Source: Pseudomonadales bacterium
Lineage (GTDB): Bacteria > Pseudomonadota > Gammaproteobacteria > Pseudomonadales > UBA7239
Direction of reading: 5' to 3'
Length of the DNA: 64,000 nucleotides
Assembly: GCA_041395785.1 (NCBI GenBank)
Contig: JAWKZZ010000008.1
Location: 1,471 to 65,470 of the forward strand
In this document: positions 32,305-38,889 of the stretch, one piece after another
How the letters are laid out: each line of letters starts with the position of its first letter
Position numbering within the stretch: position 1 is the stretch's first letter
Notes under the pieces: generated by a model
Told to the model about the DNA's origin: nothing
Databases searched by the model: none
What the model saw: the letters and a program-made list of their open reading frames with translations, nothing else
Position numbers and translations under genes: made by a program

Positions 32305-32397
32305 GTTTTTGTGATCCATAGAAGTCGATAAGAACAACCTGCCGCAAGCGGCACAGCGTGATCCTTGATTTGCGCCCTTGCCCATCCGCCACAACTA

Positions 32398-32413
32398 CTG
32401 TATAAATAATCAC
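32398..32413 (+). promoter_or_regulatory. candidate LexA (SOS) box upstream of recN
   Basis: TACTGTATAAATAATCACTG reads CTG-N10-CAC (one mismatch to CTG-N10-CAG) with an AT-rich centre. It lies 33 nt upstream of the recN GTG. recN is a classic SOS gene. Confidence 0.4.
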
Positions 32414-32445
32414 TGTGAAAACCACTTCACCGAAGGGAGTGCGCC

Positions 32446-34113
32446 GTGCTGCTGCAACTGACTATCAAGGACTACGCCGTCGCCCGCGCGCTGGATGCCG
32501 AATGGCGTGCCGGTATGACTGCCATCACCGGCGAAACCGGTGCCGGCAAGTCCATTTTGCTAGATGCGCTGGGGCTGGCGCTGGGTGATCGCGCCGATGC
32601 CGAGGCCATTGCCAGCGGTGCGGAGCGCGCCGATATCGCTGCCCTGTTTGATCTGCAACACATTCCCGAAGCGCGCGATTGGCTGGAGGCGCAGGGCTTC
32701 CCGCAGCATGAACAACAGTGCTTGCTGCGGCGCGTGATACTGCGCGAAGGCCGCGCGCGCGCGTGGATCAACGGTCAGCCCGCCACGCTGGCGCAACTGC
32801 GCGAGCTGGGCGAAATGCTGATCGACATTCACAGCCAGCACGAACACCAATCGCTGCTGAAAAAAGACACGCATCTGCGCCTGCTCGATGCCTTTGGCCA
32901 ACACGCCAGCGCGCTGGAATCGGTGCAGGGTGTTTATCGCCAATGGCGCGATATTCGCCAGCAGATCGAACAACTGCAAGGCAGCAACCACGACACCACC
33001 GCGCGTTTGCAACTGATTGAATATCAAGTGGATGAATTGGATCGCATCGCACCACAACCCGATGAATTGGCCGCGCTGGAAGCCGAACAAAAACAACTGG
33101 CCAATGCCGACGAACTGATCACGCACTGCGAGCAATTATTGCAACTGTGCAGCGAAAACGAAGCCTTCAATGTGCAGCACGCCCTGAGCCACGCGCAGCA
33201 ATTGTTGGTGCGTTCGCCGCTGCGCGATGCGCTGCCCAGTGTGATGGACATGCTCAACAATGCGTTGATTCAAATTGACGAAGCGACACAAGACCTTGCG
33301 CGCTATCGCGATCATGTCAGCGTCAACCCAGAACGCCTGCATGAAGTGGAGCAACGCCTCAACACGCTGTACGAATTGGCGCGCAAACACCGCGTGCAAG
33401 CGCGCGAATTACCTGCACTGCACGAACAACTGCATCAAGAATTGACGCTGCTGCGCGACAGCGACGGCGCTATTGCGCGATTACAACAACAGCAATCCGC
33501 CCTAGAAATCGAGTTTCACAAACATGCCAGTGCGCTCAGCAAACAGCGCAAAAAAGTGGCGGAAAAACTGGCACGCGAAGTCAACGCGCAACTGGCGCAA
33601 CTCAAAATGGCACACTGCCGCTTTGAAATTGCTTTAACGCCACTGACCGATGCTGCGCCGCATTTACATGGCGCAGAGCAAGTGGAGTTTTTGATCAGCA
33701 CACAGCCCGACGCACCGGCGCGCAGTTTGGCGCGCGTGGCATCCGGCGGTGAGTTGTCGCGCATTTCGCTGGCGATCCAAGTCGTCACCGCCAGTACTTC
33801 GCGCACACCCACGCTGGTGTTTGATGAAGTGGATGTCGGCATCGGCGGGCCAACCGCCGTTGTTGTCGGCAAGTTATTGCGCCAGCTCGGCGAGCGCGGG
33901 CAAGTGCTGTGTGTGACGCATCAAGCACAAGTGGCCGCGCAAGCGCACCAACACTTACAAGTTTCTAAGCAACTGAAAGACAAACGCATGGAAACCGCAC
34001 TACAACATCTGCTGGATACACAACGCGTGGATGAAATCGCGCGCATGATAGGCGGCGAAAAAATCACCAAACAATCGCGTGCGCACGCGCAGGAAATTTT
34101 GTCGGTTCACTAA
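32446..34113 (+). CDS. recN: DNA repair protein RecN
   Basis: 555 aa. MLLQLTIKDYAV.., Walker A GETGAGKS, long coiled coil, SGGELSRISLAIQ signature, Walker B LVFDEVDVG. Confidence 0.95.
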   Translation: MLLQLTIKDYAVARALDAEWRAGMTAITGETGAGKSILLDALGLALGDRADAEAIASGAERADIAALFDLQHIPEARDWLEAQGFPQHEQQCLLRRVILREGRARAWINGQPATLAQLRELGEMLIDIHSQHEHQSLLKKDTHLRLLDAFGQHASALESVQGVYRQWRDIRQQIEQLQGSNHDTTARLQLIEYQVDELDRIAPQPDELAALEAEQKQLANADELITHCEQLLQLCSENEAFNVQHALSHAQQLLVRSPLRDALPSVMDMLNNALIQIDEATQDLARYRDHVSVNPERLHEVEQRLNTLYELARKHRVQARELPALHEQLHQELTLLRDSDGAIARLQQQQSALEIEFHKHASALSKQRKKVAEKLAREVNAQLAQLKMAHCRFEIALTPLTDAAPHLHGAEQVEFLISTQPDAPARSLARVASGGELSRISLAIQVVTASTSRTPTLVFDEVDVGIGGPTAVVVGKLLRQLGERGQVLCVTHQAQVAAQAHQHLQVSKQLKDKRMETALQHLLDTQRVDEIARMIGGEKITKQSRAHAQEILSVH

Positions 34114-34125
34114 CGCGACAAGCTA

Positions 34126-34767
34126 TTAAACCGCCGCGCCCACCGCGCGCATAAATGCCAAGGCCAGAGCCATGTGTCCGGTCTGACTGGGATGTATACG
34201 ATCCCAACACAAGGTCATCGGGTGCATGTGTTCCAGCAGGCCGTCCATCACTGCCTGTGTGTCGACAAAAACCGCGCCGTGTTTTTCGGCCAGTAAACGC
34301 ACCACATCACCGTAGGCATCCATCGCTTCGCGCATCGCATCGCTGCGATTGGATTCAATAAAAAACGGCGTCATCAACACCAAGCCTTGCAGGTTGGGTT
34401 TGACGCTGCGGATTAACGCATCCAACTCGCGTTCGTATTCGGCAATCGGCACATGCATTTCGGTGCGCAGTGGCGAATCAAACTGTCGCCACACATCGTT
34501 CACGCCGATCAAAATCGATAACCAGTGTGGCTCCAACTCCAACACATCTTGTCGCCAGCGCGCTTTCAAATCGCGCACGGTGTTGCCACTTACCCCTACA
34601 TTCAACACGCGAATGCCGTGCGCCGGATACAGCGCACCGAGCAGCGCATTGATATGGCTGACATAACCGTTGCCCAATTCATGCTCTTCACCCACCGGCC
34701 GTCCGCGCCCGCAATCCGTGAGCGAAGCACCGATCATCAACAACCTGCTACCCGGCTCAATCAACAT
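34126..34767 (-). CDS. SGNH/GDSL-family hydrolase
   Basis: 213 aa. Block I LLMIGASLTDCGR (Ser retained), block III GVNDVW, C-terminal D..H (WDRIHPS). Confidence 0.7.
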   Translation of the reverse strand: MLIEPGSRLLMIGASLTDCGRGRPVGEEHELGNGYVSHINALLGALYPAHGIRVLNVGVSGNTVRDLKARWRQDVLELEPHWLSILIGVNDVWRQFDSPLRTEMHVPIAEYERELDALIRSVKPNLQGLVLMTPFFIESNRSDAMREAMDAYGDVVRLLAEKHGAVFVDTQAVMDGLLEHMHPMTLCWDRIHPSQTGHMALALAFMRAVGAAV

Positions 34768-34788
34768 ACGCGCTACCTCGCTATAGGT

Positions 34789-35670
34789 TTAATGCAAAGT
34801 GGGTGAGATTTCTCCCAAAATTTTATCGATATCTCGTTCGGAGTATTGATAGATTTTTCCGCAGAAATGGCAATCCACTTTTACTACGGGCGTTTCTTTA
34901 AACAAATGCAGCAAATCTTCGCGCCCCAATGTAGCTAACGCTGTCGCCGAGCGCTCCGCACTGCACGAACACTGAAATTTTACCGGCTCTGCATCAAACA
35001 CGCGCAGCGTTTCTTGATGATACAAGCGATGCAATAACTGCTCACAGGGCAGCGACAACAATTCTTCGGCAGTTAGCGTGCTCGTCAGCGCGTGCAAATG
35101 CTGCCAACCGCTATCGTCTTCGCGCGCACCTGGCATCGCTTGCAGCAACAAACCGGCAGCCACTTCGCCATCCGATGCCAACCACAATGCCGTTTCCAAT
35201 TGTTCGGATTGTTGGAAATAACTGGCCAAGCAATCCTGCAAACGCTCACCTTGCAAAGGCACAACACCTTGATAACTGTCACCGACATCCGGCAATAGCG
35301 TCACCGCCAGATAGCCGTCACCCAACAACTCACGCAACGCTGTCTCTGCTGTTGTTTTTTGTTTTTCATCTTCATCCAATTCAATCACACCGCGCACGCC
35401 GGCATGCTGTGAGCTTTCTGCCACTAACAAACGCAACGCACCGTCTCCACGCGCTTGAATCGCCACGCGGCCTTCTAATTTGATATTGGCGCTGAGTAAA
35501 GCTGCTGCCGCTACGCTTTCACCCAACAACACTTTGCCTGCGCTCGACGCACTGGCGAATGCAGGCATTGCCTGCACACTGCGCTGCAAATACACCCACG
35601 CACCGCGCACTGGCGCATCTTCAAACAAGAAACGCACCCGTGCGTCTGGCTGTTTATCGCTACTACTCAT
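34789..35670 (-). CDS. hslO: Hsp33 family redox-regulated chaperone
   Basis: FLFEDAPVRGAWV.. N-terminus. C-terminal zinc centre CSCS...CHFCG. ATG 35670 overlaps the upstream TAA (TAATG) and has GGAG upstream. Confidence 0.9.
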   Translation of the reverse strand: MSSSDKQPDARVRFLFEDAPVRGAWVYLQRSVQAMPAFASASSAGKVLLGESVAAAALLSANIKLEGRVAIQARGDGALRLLVAESSQHAGVRGVIELDEDEKQKTTAETALRELLGDGYLAVTLLPDVGDSYQGVVPLQGERLQDCLASYFQQSEQLETALWLASDGEVAAGLLLQAMPGAREDDSGWQHLHALTSTLTAEELLSLPCEQLLHRLYHQETLRVFDAEPVKFQCSCSAERSATALATLGREDLLHLFKETPVVKVDCHFCGKIYQYSERDIDKILGEISPTLH

Positions 35671-36132
35671 TACATCTCCAATGGATACAAAGTTTGGCAA
35701 CTTGAACGCCGATAATCGCTGCGCCACTCTTCTAATTTTTTACCACGATCTTTTTCTAGCACAATTTCTTCATTGCCGTTTTCATCCAGAAAAATACCGC
35801 GATCACCCCTAGCAATGGCTGCAATATCTTCTTTCCATTTCTTGCAGCGCGCGCCTATTGCCTTCTCTAAGGCTTTCTTTTTCTTGGCCTCTAAATCTTT
35901 TTCATCCTGCGTTTTTTCTGTACTGACCACAACAGAAGAAACTGCAGCATTACTGCTGCCATGATCGATATTGACCTTGTTCAGTGCTTCATCAATCGCC
36001 TCCGCTTTTTTCAGTAGGCGCGCATCACCAAAAATGCACTTTGCCGTTTTCATCCGTCCACTTATACACTTCGGCGTACACCGACACACTCGCCAGCAAC
36101 AACAGCGCTCCCAGTAAGCATATTTTCTTCAC
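35670..36132 (-). pseudogene. DUF4124 domain protein, one frameshift in a homopolymer
   Basis: GTG 36132 (GGAGG 5 nt upstream) opens VKKICLLGALLLLASVSVYAEVYKWTDENGKVHFW*. Dropping one T from the T5 run (A5 on + at 36029-36033) joins it to ..VHFGDARLLKKAEAIDEALNKV.. (track ORF 35670-36089). The signal peptide plus YKWTDENG.VHF is the DUF4124 signature. Confidence 0.7.
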
Positions 36133-36154
36133 ACCAACCTCCGTTTTGCAGCAC

Positions 36155-36850
36155 TCAACACACAGGCAACACTTGATCGAAGTCTACTACTGCAGGAAAG
36201 TCTGTGACAGTACGCGGCGGCGACTGGCTATCCGGCTGCAAAATGCACAGCAAATGACGAATGCCGTAAGCTTGCGCCGCTTGCAACACAGATACAGTGT
36301 CATCCACAAACAATGTTCGTTCGACATTGAAGGCATGCCGTTTTTGCAAAGCATGCCAAAACGCCGACGATTCTTTTGCCACACCTAAATCATGCGAACT
36401 GATGATGTGATCCAGCCAAGGATGTAGCGACACTTGTTCCATTTTTAACTGGATGCTGTCTGCGTGCGCATTGGTGACCAACCACACAGACTTCCCAGCT
36501 GCGACGAGCGCGTCTAAAAACGCGACGCTGTGCGGTCGCATACCAATTAGATGGCGCACTTCGCGCTTTAACGCAACGATATCCAACTGCAATTCGCGTT
36601 GCCAAAAATCCAAGCAATACCAATTGAGTTTGCCGTGCTCCTCGGCAAAACGCGCCTCCAACTGCGCCCGCGCCGCCGCCTCTGCCATGCCGCGCACTTC
36701 GGCGTAACGGCGCGGCAAATGCGTCTGCCAAAAATAATTGTCGAAATGCAGATCGAGCAGCGTGCCGTCCATATCCAATAGTACGCAGTCGATCTCTCGC
36801 CAGGGCATTGCCACCGCAGCGTGCAGATGGGGTTTCAAATTTACTGTCAT
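36155..36850 (-). CDS. HAD-family hydrolase (YrfG-like GMP/IMP nucleotidase)
   Basis: 231 aa. HAD motif I LLDMDGTLLDL followed by HFDNYFWQTHLPRRYAE (YrfG-like). VTNAH. C-terminal FVDD. Context with hslO as in E. coli yrfG-hslR-hslO. Confidence 0.75.
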   Translation of the reverse strand: MTVNLKPHLHAAVAMPWREIDCVLLDMDGTLLDLHFDNYFWQTHLPRRYAEVRGMAEAAARAQLEARFAEEHGKLNWYCLDFWQRELQLDIVALKREVRHLIGMRPHSVAFLDALVAAGKSVWLVTNAHADSIQLKMEQVSLHPWLDHIISSHDLGVAKESSAFWHALQKRHAFNVERTLFVDDTVSVLQAAQAYGIRHLLCILQPDSQSPPRTVTDFPAVVDFDQVLPVC

Positions 36851-37003
36851 TGCATCACCGTGAGACCTACTTCACATTTAAACGACCCATATCAGCCCAG
36901 CCAATCTACCGTCCTTTACCGTTAGGGCGTTATAATCGGCCGCCCGTTCAGGCAGGTACTGCCTTTACCGTTCCATTTGATCTCACGGATGCCACTGCAG
37001 TCG

Positions 37004-37918
37004 ATGTACCAGCTTCGCTTCAAGGATACCAACCGCCCACTGTTCCCGATCACTGCCAATGTCTGCACATTGGGGAGAGGGCAGGGCAATACCGTTGTGC
37101 TCAATACCAGCACGGTAGACGAGTCGCATGCGCGCATTGTGCAGCACGACGGCAAATTATTTCTGCAAGACAACAAAAGTCAGCGCGGCTGTTTCGTCAA
37201 TGGCAAGAAGGTGAAATACAAAGACTTGCACAACGGCGACATGATCAGCATTGGCAATGTGCATTTTGAAATTGTGGAATCCGAAGACGCCGATCTGACT
37301 TCTACTCGCGTATCCACGCCCAACCATGCCCCAGTTGCGCGCTCTGCCGTGCATACCTCCGCCACTTGGCGTTTGGTTTCCGATAGCAGCTGGCTCGCTG
37401 GCAAAGTGTTTGAGTTGCAAGGCGATGCCACCTTATTAGGGCGCGGCAAAGATTGCGACATTGCCATCCCCGGCAACCACCTCTCGCGCAAACATGCCCA
37501 GATTTTTCACCACGGCGATTACCTCACCGTCATGGATCTGGATTCCGCCAATGGCAGTTATGTCAACGAAGTGCGCGTCCAAGGTGAGCAAGTCGTACGC
37601 CCCGGCGACCGGCTGCGTTTTGATGTTTACAGCTTCCGCGTACAAGGCCCAACCAATAACGGCAGCGCCGAAACAGAAACATCCACACGCAGCAACGGCA
37701 AAAAAGTTATCGATCTGCACAGCACGCTGCAGAACATCGAAGCGCTGAAAGCGCAAGAGTATCAACCCAAAGAATGGGTCACCAAACCCACTTCACACGG
37801 CAATCGCTATCACGAAGTTCCCATTCGCAAAGGGCATCACAGCCCCCTGCTCTGGGTTTCCGTGCTACTGGGCACAGGCGTTCTTGGCGTCCTCGGCTAT
37901 ATTGTTTTTAATATCTAA
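37004..37918 (+). CDS. tandem FHA-domain protein with C-terminal TM anchor
   Basis: Two FHA cores: TLGRGQGNTVVL..VDESHARI..LQDNKSQRGCFVNGKKV, and LLGRGKDCDIAIPGNHLSRKHAQI..VMDLDSANGSYVNEVRV. C-terminal hydrophobic LLWVSVLLGTGVLGVLGYIVF. The start is uncertain (36977 TTG, 36989 or 37004 ATG). Confidence 0.8.
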   Translation: MYQLRFKDTNRPLFPITANVCTLGRGQGNTVVLNTSTVDESHARIVQHDGKLFLQDNKSQRGCFVNGKKVKYKDLHNGDMISIGNVHFEIVESEDADLTSTRVSTPNHAPVARSAVHTSATWRLVSDSSWLAGKVFELQGDATLLGRGKDCDIAIPGNHLSRKHAQIFHHGDYLTVMDLDSANGSYVNEVRVQGEQVVRPGDRLRFDVYSFRVQGPTNNGSAETETSTRSNGKKVIDLHSTLQNIEALKAQEYQPKEWVTKPTSHGNRYHEVPIRKGHHSPLLWVSVLLGTGVLGVLGYIVFNI

Positions 37919-37934
37919 ACGCGCGTCATACTCC

Positions 37935-37969
37935 AAATAAAAAAGCCGGAACGATTACTCGCTCCGGCT
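37935..37969 (-). terminator. rho-independent terminator (strong on minus strand)
   Basis: Stem 37944-37950 / 37963-37969 (agccgga / tccggct) with a 12-nt loop. The minus strand continues TTTTTATTT (37943-37935). The plus strand continues only tgtgtt. Confidence 0.75.
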
Positions 37970-38138
37970 TTGTGTTCAGACTTTCATCTGCCCTTCCCGT
38001 TACCGATCCTTGGCAGTGTCTCTGTACTATTGTTGTGCTGTTATTATTGTTATTCAGCTTTTCTTCTTGTTATCGGCATAAGGCATTCGTTGTTTTTGTT
38101 ACCACTGCCGCTTCTTATTGTGATTTGTTGTTGTTGTA
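37935..38138 (-). ncRNA. candidate sigma-54-dependent, (ARN)n/AANAANAA-rich sRNA (CrcZ-like Hfq/Crc sponge architecture)
   Basis: It lies between a near-consensus -24/-12 promoter and a terminator. It holds 4-5 A-rich clusters (ACAACAACAACAAAUCACAAUAAGAAG, AACAAAAACAACGAA, AUAACAAGAAGAAAAG, AAUAACAAUAAUAACAGCACAACAAUAG). A long-range stem pairs GGCAGUG (38109-38103) with CACUGCC (38018-38012). There is no SD-preceded ORF over 10 codons. Confidence 0.6.
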
Positions 38139-38149
38139 CTTTTACTATC

Positions 38150-38164
38150 GCAAGCCGCGTGCCA
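38150..38164 (-). promoter_or_regulatory. sigma-54 (-24/-12) promoter
   Basis: The minus strand reads TTGGCACGCGGCTTGCG, which is TGGCAC-N5-TTGC with exact GG/GC spacing. Predicted TSS ~38138. Confidence 0.7.
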
Positions 38165-38225
38165 ACTTTTTATTCGCTTAAAAATCAAACAATTACTCAT
38201 TTAGCCTTCACCTAAATTGCCTATA

Positions 38226-38244
38226 GGTAACAAAAATTGTTACC
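38226..38244. promoter_or_regulatory. palindromic upstream activating sequence (candidate enhancer-binding-protein site)
   Basis: GGTAACAAAAATTGTTACC is a perfect 8-bp-arm inverted repeat (GTAACA-N5-TGTTAC) 63-81 nt upstream of the -24 element. Further GTTAC pentamers lie at 38251-38255 and 38261-38265. Confidence 0.5.
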
Positions 38245-38297
38245 GCGCGCGTTACGCTGCGTTACCGTTCGACTCATATCGCCACCAAAGCAATGGC

Positions 38298-38312
38298 TGG
38301 TATGCACATTGC
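38298..38312 (+). promoter_or_regulatory. weaker sigma-54-like element facing rppH-ptsP
   Basis: TGGTATGCACATTGC has GG and GC at consensus spacing (TGGYAY-N5-TTGC). It lies about 60 nt upstream of the rppH GTG, mirror-symmetric to the minus-strand promoter around the palindrome. Confidence 0.3.
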
Positions 38313-38373
38313 CGCACAAGTTTCTTTGTCTCGCTAACAATCTGTGGAACAATGCAGCAAATCGGAGGTATTT

Positions 38374-38877
38374 GTGGTAGACGCAGAAGGTTTTCGTCCC
38401 AATGTCGGCATCATGCTGGCCAACGCGCACGGAGAGTTGCTGTGGGCTCGCCGTGTCGGCGGTATGGATGCATGGCAATTTCCGCAGGGCGGCATCCAAG
38501 CACAAGAAGACCCAGAAGCCGCGCTGTTTCGCGAGCTGCGCGAAGAAGTAGGGCTAATACCGAACGATGTGCGCATCATGGGCTGCACGCGCGGTTGGTT
38601 GCGCTATCGCCTGCCACCTCGCCTTATCCGTCGCCATCAAAATCCACTCTGCATCGGCCAAAAACAGAAGTGGTTTTTTCTACAAATGCTCGGCGATGAA
38701 GCCAGCATCCATTTTGATAATAGCGATGAACCTCCCGAGTTTGACCACTGGCGCTGGGTCAGCTATTGGCATCCGCTGACACAAGTGGTGTCGTTCAAAC
38801 GCGAGGTCTACCGCAGCGCCCTCAAGGAACTGGCACCGTATCACTTGGCGTTGTCCAACCGTCTATCCCATGCCTAA
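38374..38877 (+). CDS. rppH: RNA pyrophosphohydrolase
   Basis: [15 protein letters not shown].. Nudix box [26 protein letters not shown] 38374 is preceded by GGAGG (38364-38368). The track start at 38344 is less likely. Confidence 0.9.
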   Translation: MVDAEGFRPNVGIMLANAHGELLWARRVGGMDAWQFPQGGIQAQEDPEAALFRELREEVGLIPNDVRIMGCTRGWLRYRLPPRLIRRHQNPLCIGQKQKWFFLQMLGDEASIHFDNSDEPPEFDHWRWVSYWHPLTQVVSFKREVYRSALKELAPYHLALSNRLSHA

Positions 38878-38889
38878 GGATAGATGCCG

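Noticed and set aside
32134-32394. 86-aa minus-strand ORF treated as a separate gene
   Set aside because: It contains the true N-terminus of the MmeI-like enzyme (from ATG 32304; ..SRWRGA..) read on into the wrong frame.
37970-38215. 81-aa and 69-aa plus-strand ORFs
   Set aside because: They are Leu/Cys/Phe/Tyr-rich translations of a T/G-rich strand and have no RBS. The region is better explained by the minus-strand promoter-sRNA-terminator unit.
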